Origin: Escherichia phage ph0021
Strand: one strand, 5' to 3'
Sequence record: OP557970.1
Length of the DNA: 64,000 nucleotides
The notes below the pieces were generated by a model. That model ran no database searches. It saw only the letters and a list, made by a program, of their open reading frames with translations, and was not told the origin of the DNA. This document shows, piece by piece, positions 50,183 through 59,520 of this stretch. A program made the position numbers and the translations under genes. Every line of letters starts with the position of its first letter. Position 1 is the stretch's first letter.

Positions 50183-51865
50183 TTAAACCATTACAGTAAA
50201 TCGACCAACTTTCTTCATTTGAAGATGCTGACCGTATGCTTGCGGGTCATGGTCTCTATGCGAAATAACAAAAACATTAGTATTTTTTAAACTATCTAAA
50301 ATAGTTGAAATAGCTTTTACACCTTCAACGTCGGTCGCTGAATCAAAAACTTCATCAAGAATTAGTGTGTTTATTTTAACGCCTGAAACTTTTTCAGCAA
50401 TATCACGCCAAGTAAATAAAAGAGCAATATCAATTCGCGCTTTTTCACCTTGACTGAATGAAGCATAACTAAAATCTTCACGACCACGTGATTTAATTGT
50501 CTCATTAAATTCTTCATCTAATGTAAACACATAATCCGCTTCCATTATTTTAAGATAATGGTTAATCTGCTTATTAAATAATGGAATGTACTTTTTAATA
50601 ATAGCACCTTTAATACCAGAATCTTTGAGCATATCAGTCAAAATTCCTCGGTGGTATTTTTCCATTACTAAATTAGTTTTTGTCTTAACAATTTTATCAA
50701 GTTCTTCTTGAAGCAGTGCTATTTCATCAGCATGGTCAATAAACTCAGAAGATGCTTTTTCTATAGCCGCTTTAACCTTTTTAGCTTTATCTACTGCTGC
50801 GATCAGAGATTGCTTTTTATTGCGAATATCATTTGCCAACGACTGCTGGGTTTTAATATTATCTCGGTATTCATCAACAAGAACTTTTAAATTATCACGA
50901 TGTGTTGAAAGCTGTTCAAATGAATGCGTACATTCAGAAATTTTATCTTTAATTTTAGAAACAACTTTATCACCTGAACTTAATTGTGACAAGCAGGTTG
51001 GGCATAATCCACCTTCGTGATACATATTAATGACTTTATTATACGAGTCAATTTTTGATTTAATTAAAACTGCTTCTTGACCGATTTTATTAAATGCATC
51101 AGTCGGGTCTTCATCTAAAACAATATTAACTAATCTTTCATTAGCTTCTTCTATTTCCGATTTTAGCGTTCTAGCTTCTTTTGCCAAATCATCATACATA
51201 TTTTGAAGACGAGTAAGGTTGTCACCCGTTAATTTTTTCTGGCGTTCAACGTTATCATTATATATTTTAATTTGTTGGATAATACTATCTTTTTTAACAT
51301 CAAGCACTTGGTTTTGTGAATTTAATTCACGTATTAGTGCTTTATTAAGCTTATCCATTTCAGCTAATGTTCCTACCTCAAGCAGGTCTTCCACAAGCTT
51401 TCTTCGCGCAGGGGTCGACAAACCCATGAAAGGGGTATACCCTGCTGTACCAAGGACAACAATCTGCTTGAAACTGGCATATGACATTCCGATAAGCTGT
51501 TCAAATTCTGCTTGGAAATCTTTACTGCTGGCAGATTCATTAAGACGTGCACCGTTAACGGTGATTTCGAAAACGTTTGGTTTTTGTCCTCTTTTGATAT
51601 AGTACTTTTTCTCATCATATTCCATCCACAGTTCAACTAAAAGTTCTTTCTTATTTGTGCTGTTTATTAATTGACCTTTCTTTACATCACGAAATGGCTT
51701 GCCAAAAAGCCCAAATGTGATGGCTTCTAACATAGTAGACTTACCACCGCCATTTCGTCCAGTAATAAGAGTTTTTTGAACCTTATCTAATTGAATGTCA
51801 ATAGGATTTCCACCTACTGACATTATATTTTGATACCTAACTCGGTTTAGTTTAAAATTCTTCAC
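50183..51865 (-). CDS. 46: recombination nuclease subunit gp46 (Rad50/SbcC-like ATPase)
   Basis: 560 aa, same as T4 gp46; Walker A GRNGGGKST and a coiled-coil centre. Confidence 0.95.
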   Translation of the reverse strand: MKNFKLNRVRYQNIMSVGGNPIDIQLDKVQKTLITGRNGGGKSTMLEAITFGLFGKPFRDVKKGQLINSTNKKELLVELWMEYDEKKYYIKRGQKPNVFEITVNGARLNESASSKDFQAEFEQLIGMSYASFKQIVVLGTAGYTPFMGLSTPARRKLVEDLLEVGTLAEMDKLNKALIRELNSQNQVLDVKKDSIIQQIKIYNDNVERQKKLTGDNLTRLQNMYDDLAKEARTLKSEIEEANERLVNIVLDEDPTDAFNKIGQEAVLIKSKIDSYNKVINMYHEGGLCPTCLSQLSSGDKVVSKIKDKISECTHSFEQLSTHRDNLKVLVDEYRDNIKTQQSLANDIRNKKQSLIAAVDKAKKVKAAIEKASSEFIDHADEIALLQEELDKIVKTKTNLVMEKYHRGILTDMLKDSGIKGAIIKKYIPLFNKQINHYLKIMEADYVFTLDEEFNETIKSRGREDFSYASFSQGEKARIDIALLFTWRDIAEKVSGVKINTLILDEVFDSATDVEGVKAISTILDSLKNTNVFVISHRDHDPQAYGQHLQMKKVGRFTVMV

Positions 51866-52125
51866 AAAAGATTCCTTTTAATGTATCTTTTAGACCATTC
51901 TATCATATCATCATAATCTAAAAAGTATTCATCAAATTCAGCCATGCAAACAACACCTTGTGCTGCTTTTGATGTGATATAAATTATTCCAACATATCTA
52001 GAATCTTCTTCGGTATAATCAATATTTGCTATGAATTCATCATTAATGTCAAATGTCGAAAACTTCACAGTATGCATCCTTAATACAAGATACAGCCATA
52101 TCTTGTAATGATTTAGGTGTGTCAT
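51862..52125 (-). CDS. hypothetical protein (46.1 position)
   Basis: 87-aa ORF; overlaps the next ORF, so the true start is uncertain. Confidence 0.45.
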   Translation of the reverse strand: MTHLNHYKIWLYLVLRMHTVKFSTFDINDEFIANIDYTEEDSRYVGIIYITSKAAQGVVCMAEFDEYFLDYDDMIEWSKRYIKRNLL

Positions 52126-52312
52126 TATCTAAAATGTTAAAGTTAAAAGATACGGCCCAATCAGTGCAGACCGTTACCTTTTTAATACAATTATCTTCAA
52201 CCTCTAACGGTTCAAACCAATATTCAATAATTTCTTTATGCCCAATATCATCTTTTACTTCGCATTCAAAATGCTGACTCATCATAACATTTTTAAATTC
52301 ATCAAAAGTCAT
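52049..52312 (-). CDS. hypothetical protein (46.2 position)
   Basis: 87-aa ORF. Confidence 0.45.
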   Translation of the reverse strand: MTFDEFKNVMMSQHFECEVKDDIGHKEIIEYWFEPLEVEDNCIKKVTVCTDWAVSFNFNILDNDTPKSLQDMAVSCIKDAYCEVFDI

Positions 52313-53328
52313 TGTGTTGCCTCTACATATAACTGATTTGCATATTGAATAAGTGCTTCGCGATCAGAATCAGTGATGTCTGGAATTGCATTAATGTATT
52401 CTTCCATCAATGTCTGAAGAGATTGAACTTCAACTTCTTCACTATCATCTGACTCGACAGAGTTATCAATCTTTGACACAACTCGTAATGAATGCACAAC
52501 TTTTTCTAGTTCAGATTCGAACTTCGTCAGATTTTTGTCTACCTCAGTTACTATAACACGTACTGATAGATTTGTAAAATCTTTATAGTCAATTTTTCCC
52601 TTAAATGGGTATTGAATTCGACGATGCCAGGTAGTATTGTTTGGAATAAATTCCATTCGTTCTGTTTCTGTATCAAACATCCAGAACCCACGAGGGTCAT
52701 TCTCGTCACCTGCAGTTAGTGTCCATGGTGTCCCAATATATCTGACGTTAGCAGCCTCAGAGATAGTATGGAAGTGACCAGACCACACTTCTTTATAAGT
52801 CTTAAGGAAATCAGGTTCAAGACCGTGAGATTTCATTCCTTTATAAAAATAAAATCCGTTCAGTTCCCAGTGACCAATACAAAAAGAAGCAGATGAAGTT
52901 TTGATGTGCTCAAGAATTTCACCAGTATTTTCTTCACACATCCAAGGAATTAAATCAATTAAACATCCGTCAAAATCTACCGTAGTAGGCTTATCATATA
53001 CTTTAACATTAGGATATTTAGCCAAAAGCTCAGTAGAGGCATTTGGATGCATTACATTTTTGTAGTGGAGATCGTGATTTCCTACAATAGTATGTAATGT
53101 GATTCCAGCAACATCAAGCATTTGAACTATTTCACGGGCAAACTCCATAGTTTTATGTGTGATTGCTTTTCGCACATCAAAAATATCGCCGTATTGAATC
53201 CATACAGTAATTCCATTTTTCTTAGAATATTCTATTGCTTGTTTAATTCCATCAATTTGAATACCGCGAATCCACTCATCATCAGCTTTAACGCCTAAAT
53301 GCCAATCACCTAAATTTAAAATTTTCAT
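52309..53328 (-). CDS. 47: recombination nuclease subunit gp47 (Mre11/SbcD-like)
   Basis: 339 aa, same as T4 gp47; phosphoesterase motifs GDWHLG and GNHD. Confidence 0.95.
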   Translation of the reverse strand: MKILNLGDWHLGVKADDEWIRGIQIDGIKQAIEYSKKNGITVWIQYGDIFDVRKAITHKTMEFAREIVQMLDVAGITLHTIVGNHDLHYKNVMHPNASTELLAKYPNVKVYDKPTTVDFDGCLIDLIPWMCEENTGEILEHIKTSSASFCIGHWELNGFYFYKGMKSHGLEPDFLKTYKEVWSGHFHTISEAANVRYIGTPWTLTAGDENDPRGFWMFDTETERMEFIPNNTTWHRRIQYPFKGKIDYKDFTNLSVRVIVTEVDKNLTKFESELEKVVHSLRVVSKIDNSVESDDSEEVEVQSLQTLMEEYINAIPDITDSDREALIQYANQLYVEATQ

Positions 53329-53465
53329 ATATCAAGAACCGTCATTGAAATGCAAAATAAAATTATTGAAATAAATCCATCTGGAGTGCTAAAGAACCCA
53401 ATCCAACATGCTCTAGTGAATAGATAAAATGCAAGAAAAAGTATCACATATCCAAGAAATATCAT
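53325..53465 (-). CDS. small hydrophobic peptide (47.1 position)
   Basis: 46 aa MIFLGYVILFLAFYLF...; stop overlaps the gene 47 ATG; below the ORF-track cutoff. Confidence 0.4.
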   Translation of the reverse strand: MIFLGYVILFLAFYLFTRACWIGFFSTPDGFISIILFCISMTVLDI

Positions 53466-53504
53466 TATATCAAACTCCGTATAAAGCTAAAGGGCCGAAG
53501 CCCT

Positions 53505-54707
53505 TTATTTTGTAATAATGTCAAACTGCTCTTTAAAGCAGAAGCTTGAATCTTGGTGCTGATACAAAAATTCATAAGCTTTTTCGCGTTCACGGTCATA
53601 AAGAGCTCGGTCAGATGACAGTTCTTTAATACGTTCAAATGTTGATTCCATGTCATTTTCATCAAACCAAACAATACCGCTATCATGAGAAATTAATGGA
53701 GTGTTATCAACACGGAATTTTAAATTTTCGCCAGTAGATTTCCAAAATACCGGAATTGTTCCACATGCACCAAGCTCGAGATGAGTATATTCTAAAGAAC
53801 GTTGTAGATATTTTTTATCCAACTTACTCAACTGATAACCAAAACCGGATTTACTCATACGTTCAAGCATTTCGCTATTTACATAACGGTCAAGAATTTG
53901 CGTTGGCAAATTAGAAGCAATTTTAATTTGGTCTACTTGATGAAGACGATAATACTCGTATGGAATTCCTTTTTCTTTAATAGGAATGAACGCTGGAGAA
54001 CGTTCCAGACCTTCCATAATAGTACTTAGTCCTGCAGGTTTAAGATGTTTTTCGTGAAAATCAAACATCTGGTAAAAACCTTTCCATGTAGTCGTACGAC
54101 CAATCCAACGGTTGATATTCATGTTAATTTCAGAAACATCTTTCCAGTAGGTTGATCGAACCTTTGCAATATCCATCGGAGGCTGAAAGTTATATACTGT
54201 CGGTGCTTCTTCAATATCATCAAACAGAGAAACTGTTTCAGGATACCATTCTTTCATCAGAACTTTATTAAAATCGCCATTATCAGAATGGCTAAAAATA
54301 ACATCAGCTCGACGAACAGTTTCTTCTAATCCCAAATTTCGACGCAAAGAAAGAGAAGAATGGTCATGTTGATAAACTACAACACGAACAGAAGGTTTAA
54401 TGTTATCAATAATTTTTTTATAGTTATTAATAGTGTCTTCTTCAACCGAAGTAGCAGGAACTGAATTAATAATTAGAATATCACAATCATTTACCAGCTT
54501 AAGTGTTTTATCATATTCTTTTGCCAATAAAACCGGAATTGAAAATGATTTATAATCATGCGCGCAATTACGAGTAAATGATTTATCTTTAGCATAAACC
54601 AAAGTTACTTCATGACCATTTTTAATAAACCAATCACGTTGCTCGAGTGAGAATTTTGTTACACCACAACCTTCAAGACCTCGAGCCATAAAAATACATA
54701 CTTTCAT
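53505..54707 (-). CDS. a-gt: alpha-glucosyltransferase
   Basis: 400 aa, same as T4 alpha-gt; N-terminus MKVCIFMARGLEGCGVTKFSLEQRDWFIKNGHEV. Confidence 0.85.
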   Translation of the reverse strand: MKVCIFMARGLEGCGVTKFSLEQRDWFIKNGHEVTLVYAKDKSFTRNCAHDYKSFSIPVLLAKEYDKTLKLVNDCDILIINSVPATSVEEDTINNYKKIIDNIKPSVRVVVYQHDHSSLSLRRNLGLEETVRRADVIFSHSDNGDFNKVLMKEWYPETVSLFDDIEEAPTVYNFQPPMDIAKVRSTYWKDVSEINMNINRWIGRTTTWKGFYQMFDFHEKHLKPAGLSTIMEGLERSPAFIPIKEKGIPYEYYRLHQVDQIKIASNLPTQILDRYVNSEMLERMSKSGFGYQLSKLDKKYLQRSLEYTHLELGACGTIPVFWKSTGENLKFRVDNTPLISHDSGIVWFDENDMESTFERIKELSSDRALYDREREKAYEFLYQHQDSSFCFKEQFDIITK

Positions 54708-54950
54708 TTAATATCCTCTTTGTTTTGGTTTATTTTACCAAAAATTTATAAAGCAATATAGGAGCCGAAGCTCCTATCCGCATAATACACCATACAAAGG
54801 CTCATTAGAGCTTCTAAATTTTATGCGCTTATATGTTATAGTTCCTTCTGCTTTAGCTTTATCATTAGACTCTTTAAAGAGTCTCATCATTTCCTCTTTA
54901 GAGGAACGAATTTTATTATAATCTATTTCAGAAGTCTGGGTGTTCATCTT

Positions 54951-55157
54951 TCATAACTGCCACCATTTTTTGACTTGATAAGAATCAACCCACACTTTCA
55001 TATTAGGGTCTGCTCTTACAATAGGAGGATTAACTTCTTTAATTGAACTATCATGGTATTCTTTTTCAGAAATTTTCACACAAAGATGACCATTCAAAGA
55101 TTCAGTAAATCCTGCATTAATTTTAAGACGCTTGAATTTTACGTGTGTAAGCATCAA
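54951..55157 (-). CDS. hypothetical protein
   Basis: 68-aa ORF, probably starting at the second codon (ATG) of the track ORF. Confidence 0.4.
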   Translation of the reverse strand: MMLTHVKFKRLKINAGFTESLNGHLCVKISEKEYHDSSIKEVNPPIVRADPNMKVWVDSYQVKKWWQL

Positions 55158-55440
55158 TCATATCCTCAATTTGCGATCTAGTAGTCTTCCAAAGAATACT
55201 GATGAGTTCATCGTTATATGGCTGTTTTAGAATATCCCGACTTTTCTTGATAGCATATTCGTATTGAGCAAAATTATTGTTTTCAGCTGCAATCTGAGCG
55301 TGCTTATAAAGACGATTCAGTTCGCGTTTGTTTTTAGACAATAACTTATTTGCTTTTCTTTCTGCTTCAAGACGGTTCTTTTCTTCAATAGAAGAAATAA
55401 GCTTTTCCACTTCATCATTAATTTCGGGTTTATCAGTCAT
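55123..55440 (-). CDS. hypothetical coiled-coil protein
   Basis: 105-aa ORF. Confidence 0.45.
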   Translation of the reverse strand: MTDKPEINDEVEKLISSIEEKNRLEAERKANKLLSKNKRELNRLYKHAQIAAENNNFAQYEYAIKKSRDILKQPYNDELISILWKTTRSQIEDMIDAYTRKIQAS

Positions 55441-55441
55441 A

Positions 55442-55687
55442 TTATTTCTCTAATATAAAATAAAAATCATCATCTGTTAAATGATACCGATAGTTTAATT
55501 CTACACCATTAGATTTAAAAGCGGTATCATACGGATTTTCTGGATCAATATCAATGTCAAGAGCTAAAACTTCCCTGAGATACATTTTAAGTAAATAGGG
55601 AATAGCTTCAACTTCAGGTATTTCTTCCAAGAATCCGGAGAGGTTAATCGTTAGCCTCATATAAAAAATCCAAACTAGGAGAATCAT
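55442..55687 (-). CDS. hypothetical protein
   Basis: 81-aa ORF; its 5' end overlaps the gene 55 3' end, so the start is uncertain. Confidence 0.4.
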
Positions 55688-56201
55688 CTACAACACTTTT
55701 CTTTTCAGCCCCCGGTGTTCTATAGGTTGATTCTTCGTAATGCGTCATTTTATCGTAGATGTCTTGAATAAAAGTTTCATCTACTAACGCAACCATATCG
55801 TCGTCACGACTGTCATAGACATTGTGAACGAAGTAACTATATTTCTTTGCAACTTCCTTACGTTCTTTTTTAATACGTTGGACGAATGCATTAAAACAAG
55901 CTTGAGTTATATATGCATGTGGGTTTTTATATTTCGTTTCATCAAAATTATGAAGCCCCTTAATAGAAGCTTCTATACCATCTGCAATCATTTCTTGTTT
56001 CCAAGACTGGGTGTATCCTGAAAAGTTGAAACGTTTAGATAAGCCTTCTGCAATAAGCATAATGGCTAATCCGATAGTATCATTCTGACGAACTACTTTA
56101 TTTGGGTCTTTATTATTTGCTAATTCTGTTTTCCAATCAATAATAGCTTGTAAAAGCTCTTTATTGTTTACGTAATTATATTTAGGCTTAGTTTCTGACA
56201 T
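55644..56201 (-). CDS. 55: late-transcription sigma factor gp55
   Basis: Start set at [23 protein letters not shown] (T4 gp55, 185 aa). Confidence 0.9.
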
Positions 56202-56279
56202 TTTCACCTCTTAGCTCAATTCATAGATCTATTATATCATAATATTTGAAGATCTATCTTAAAGCATAGAGGATATCAG

Positions 56280-56549
56280 TTATCTAAGTAAACAGTATGC
56301 TTGGAACACTTTCTCCATCATCTTTTTAAATTCATGAATATCTATATAATGACTAGTTAGATCAGCATGATATAAAAAGTCTAAAAACTTTTCATGTGTA
56401 CTAACATATTCACTTTCATTTAATTCAGAAACATGGCTTTCCCAATATCCAACACCAGTCTTATTTGGGAAAAATGAAATTTTCATGTATTGGTCAACAT
56501 AGAAAATGCCATAATTTTCAATAGTAATAGAAATATTAATAAATTTCAT
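56280..56549 (-). CDS. hypothetical protein
   Basis: 89-aa ORF. Confidence 0.45.
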   Translation of the reverse strand: MKFINISITIENYGIFYVDQYMKISFFPNKTGVGYWESHVSELNESEYVSTHEKFLDFLYHADLTSHYIDIHEFKKMMEKVFQAYCLLR

Positions 56550-56761
56550 ACATTCATCAACTTAGCCGCTTCAAGAGCTGCATCTAGTGAATCAAATTGA
56601 TCAACATATTCAATCAATTCGCCGTAATTGGCATATAACCACCATTGGCTAAATTCATACTCAAGGATGAATCCGTTTCCTTCAATTTGAGTTAAACCAA
56701 TGCCATTTGTATTTACTTCATACCCAGCAAGACGCAAATCGTTAATAAGAGCTTCGTTCAT
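56546..56761 (-). CDS. hypothetical protein
   Basis: 71-aa ORF with a 4-nt overlap. Confidence 0.45.
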   Translation of the reverse strand: MNEALINDLRLAGYEVNTNGIGLTQIEGNGFILEYEFSQWWLYANYGELIEYVDQFDSLDAALEAAKLMNV

Positions 56762-56763
56762 AA

Positions 56764-57090
56764 TTATACCTTAGTAATTTTCAGGTCTGCAAATTTTTTC
56801 TTGCGTTGATTTTTCATGCGACGAATAGTTTTATCGGAAATTTCATGCTTTTGATAAGCTTTAGATTCTACACCAAAAGCTTTAACATCAAATTCTGACA
56901 AGATATATTGAACCAACAATTCACGGATAGTATTACGTCCAATCTTCTGATCATTCTGTTTCATCATTTGATGAAGCTCTTTTTCCCATTTATCCAAAAT
57001 TTGAGGAGTTACAATATCGCCTTTTTCTAACAAAGAAACTACTTTATCATATGCGTAAGAATTGATGGCGTTTTTAATTTGAATAGTCAT
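56764..57090 (-). CDS. hypothetical protein
   Basis: 108-aa ORF with a basic C-terminus. Confidence 0.5.
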   Translation of the reverse strand: MTIQIKNAINSYAYDKVVSLLEKGDIVTPQILDKWEKELHQMMKQNDQKIGRNTIRELLVQYILSEFDVKAFGVESKAYQKHEISDKTIRRMKNQRKKKFADLKITKV

Positions 57091-57142
57091 ACATTATCCT
57101 CAATTGCATTAAAATTTTATTATCCAAAAAGGGCCGAAGCCC

Positions 57143-57343
57143 TTAGCTAAACCGTTTGGCACCCTTCCAGCCTTCGTACATCATTGCAACTGATAATGAC
57201 AAAGCTCCTTCGCATGCTGCATACTTATTATTCCAGAACCAATTTAGAAAAACTTCATCCTCAATACCATTGTGTTTCATGTTCTGGAAAAATTTGGCGC
57301 GTTCTTCAGCAATTCGCTGCGATAATTTAGATTCAGGATTCAT
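57143..57343 (-). CDS. hypothetical protein
   Basis: 66-aa ORF. Confidence 0.45.
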   Translation of the reverse strand: MNPESKLSQRIAEERAKFFQNMKHNGIEDEVFLNWFWNNKYAACEGALSLSVAMMYEGWKGAKRFS

Positions 57344-57475
57344 TTAAATTTTCCAGTTACCATTTTCATCAATAAATTTAATCCAGTCATTTACTGACCA
57401 CTTGGTCGTATCGCCCTTTGGAGCAACATTTAAAGTATATAATCCCTGTTTAAAAAGCATGCGTTTGATATTCAT
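57344..57475 (-). CDS. small hypothetical protein
   Basis: Track ORF trimmed to the Met with RBS GAGGAAAAT; about 43 aa. Confidence 0.35.
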   Translation of the reverse strand: MNIKRMLFKQGLYTLNVAPKGDTTKWSVNDWIKFIDENGNWKI

Positions 57476-57482
57476 ATTTTCC

Positions 57483-57776
57483 TCAGCTATAACGATAACA
57501 CTCGTTTGATTTACGCTTAGCAACTCGTTGAGAAGTATTGTAATCAAAATCATCGTCAATGTAAACTGATTTTTTCAACTTTCTTACTTCACCACGTAAT
57601 TGGCGATTTAACTCATCTTTAACTTCTGAATCAATGCCTTTCATTCTACGCCATTTATCTGAGCGAAAAATGTTTTCAACCATATCTTTATGACTTACAC
57701 CATCAGGAGCTTTACGCTTTCCGAAATAGTCATAATCACGAACTTTCAAGTCTTTACGACGATACGTTTTACCCAT
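57483..57776 (-). CDS. hypothetical highly basic protein
   Basis: Track ORF trimmed to MGKTYRRKDLK; Lys/Arg-rich. Confidence 0.45.
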   Translation of the reverse strand: MGKTYRRKDLKVRDYDYFGKRKAPDGVSHKDMVENIFRSDKWRRMKGIDSEVKDELNRQLRGEVRKLKKSVYIDDDFDYNTSQRVAKRKSNECYRYS

Positions 57777-57951
57777 GGAGTTTAATTTCCTTAGCAACTG
57801 AACTAAATACAGCACGATCACAAATCATCTGTTTATTTAACTTAAGTATAAGATAATAAACTTCAAAACCGTTTACATAAGTAACACGAACAACATTACC
57901 GTTAATAAGATAATATTGTCCCTTTTTAATTTCTTTATCAACCACAACCAT
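57769..57951 (-). CDS. hypothetical protein
   Basis: 60-aa ORF downstream of an early promoter. Confidence 0.45.
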   Translation of the reverse strand: MVVVDKEIKKGQYYLINGNVVRVTYVNGFEVYYLILKLNKQMICDRAVFSSVAKEIKLHG

Positions 57952-57981
57952 ATCAAATCCTCAAAGGCAATTCATGTGTTA

Positions 57982-58011
57982 ATAATACCACAGTTTGAAC
58001 TTCTTGTAAAC
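57982..58011 (-). promoter_or_regulatory. T4-type early promoter
   Basis: GTTTAC, 18 bp spacer, TGG-TATTAT. Confidence 0.5.
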
Positions 58012-58082
58012 AACTTTGTGAAAATTATTTTAGGGAATGATAAGAAAGGAACGATAGCTTAGAATGGTAATATACAGAATGT

Positions 58083-58107
58083 GAGAAAGAAAGGCCCAGA
58101 GGGCCCG
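58083..58107 (-). terminator. rho-independent terminator after nrdH
   Basis: GGCCC-AGA-GGGCC stem followed by TTTCTTTCTC on the minus strand. Confidence 0.5.
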
Positions 58108-58109
58108 TC

Positions 58110-58433
58110 TTAGTCTTCTATGATATCTCTATCATATCCAAGTGAAATGAGAGTTTCTTTGAAGTGTTTAATGTTCTTTTGTCTAGAATCATTAATGAAA
58201 ATGACTGGATAACGAATGTTAAGAGATGTGAATCCAGCGCGTTTAGCAAGAGATACAATCAGCGGACGATCATACTCAATCTTACCGTTATTTGTAAGAA
58301 CTTTATAGAAAGTAAAAGGAGCATTGAGCTCCTTTAGAAGTTTTGTAACTGATTGACATCCAGGACAACGACCTACTTCATCTGGAATTCCATAGACTTC
58401 AATCTTATTCTTTAAGTTCGAGTTTTGTTCCAC
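58110..58433 (-). CDS. nrdH: glutaredoxin-like NrdH
   Basis: CPGC redox motif (VYGIPDEVGRCPGCQS); no in-frame ATG near the conserved core, so a GTG start with RBS AAGGAA is proposed. Confidence 0.55.
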   Translation of the reverse strand: MEQNSNLKNKIEVYGIPDEVGRCPGCQSVTKLLKELNAPFTFYKVLTNNGKIEYDRPLIVSLAKRAGFTSLNIRYPVIFINDSRQKNIKHFKETLISLGYDRDIIED

Positions 58434-58716
58434 GAGAAATAATTCCTTGGTAAGCCCAATAAGGAGGATTAACAGAATCCTCACCAGAGTTTTCTTCAGG
58501 AAAATAAACCTGGATAACAAATCCAGACTCATCAAAGGTAAAATAAACCGTAGGCAGTTCACCTAACAAATCGGCACGAGCGTTGATTTCTTCGAGGTCT
58601 TGTTCACGTCCAGCCCAAAAACTAGGATTTAGATTACATTCGTAAAAATAATAGTCATTACCGAACATATCAAACCCATTCCAACTCTCTACCACGTACC
58701 GCTCAAAACTAATCAT
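58405..58716 (-). CDS. hypothetical protein
   Basis: 103-aa ORF. Confidence 0.45.
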   Translation of the reverse strand: MISFERYVVESWNGFDMFGNDYYFYECNLNPSFWAGREQDLEEINARADLLGELPTVYFTFDESGFVIQVYFPEENSGEDSVNPPYWAYQGIISRGTKLELKE

Positions 58717-58718
58717 AA

Positions 58719-58934
58719 TTAAGCCTTTTTATCAAGAACAGAATTCAGTTTGTTAGTAATTTTATCCAGACGCTCATTGAACTCATTAGAAGATAAGCCC
58801 TTTTCTGGAGAAATTAAACTAATAACGAAAAATATAGCAATAAAAGGAATAAGGAAAATAGCTCCAACTGCCATAAACAGAAAGAATGTTACAGTTGTAA
58901 GAAAATCAGCTAAACCTTTACGAAATTTATACAT
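58719..58934 (-). CDS. hypothetical membrane protein
   Basis: 71 aa with one TM segment (FFLFMAVGAIFLIPFIAIFFVISLI). Confidence 0.45.
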   Translation of the reverse strand: MYKFRKGLADFLTTVTFFLFMAVGAIFLIPFIAIFFVISLISPEKGLSSNEFNERLDKITNKLNSVLDKKA

Positions 58935-59049
58935 ATTTTACCCTTAATTGATTAACCAAGCATTGATAAGCACTAAACTATATTGCGAATAAAATTCTGG
59001 ACCAAAATGAAAAATCATATCATTTATAGTATCCATAATGTAATTCAAT

Positions 59050-59520
59050 TTAATCATGTGTCCACACCCCATCGGTATTTGACCAAAGTCGCTGATTATC
59101 TGATCCTCGCCACAGCTTTTTGGTCGGAAGATTTTTCTCATACTTCCCATCAATAATAACATCAACATATTTAAGCATTTCTAGTTGTTTAATATCTTCA
59201 AACTTATATCCTGTCCACAACCAAATGCTTTTATTGGGATAAAGATTTTTTACTGTTTGAACCACAGAGTGAATCACATCTCTGTTATCAGGATAAAGAG
59301 GGTCACCCCCAGTTATAGTTAATCCTTCTATATAATCATTATTCAAACATTCAATTAATTGTTCTAGTGTTTCACCAGTGAATGGAATACCATTTCTAGC
59401 ATTCCATGTTGATTTATTATAACACCCTTCACATTTATGCAAACAACCTGTAACGAAAAGAACGGTCCTGCAGCCAGGACCATTAACAAAATCGCAAGGA
59501 TAAAATCTATCATAATTCAT
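59050..59520 (-). CDS. nrdG: anaerobic ribonucleotide reductase activating protein NrdG
   Basis: 156 aa, same as T4 NrdG; radical-SAM cysteine cluster CLHKCEGC. Confidence 0.9.
   Translation of the reverse strand: MNYDRFYPCDFVNGPGCRTVLFVTGCLHKCEGCYNKSTWNARNGIPFTGETLEQLIECLNNDYIEGLTITGGDPLYPDNRDVIHSVVQTVKNLYPNKSIWLWTGYKFEDIKQLEMLKYVDVIIDGKYEKNLPTKKLWRGSDNQRLWSNTDGVWTHD

Noticed and set aside
15337-56207. N-terminal extensions of track ORFs for ndd, 62, 44, 55 and several small genes
   Set aside because: The longest-ORF calls begin at upstream codons that lack an RBS or overlap promoters. Starts were moved to the Met matching known T4 N-termini or preceded by GGAGG/GAGGA.
56230-56270. Possible MotA-dependent middle promoter upstream of gene 55 (TGCTTTAA followed by TATTAT)
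   Set aside because: There is a single MotA-box-like match whose spacing is only approximate. It cannot be separated from chance in AT-rich sequence without more copies or transcript mapping.
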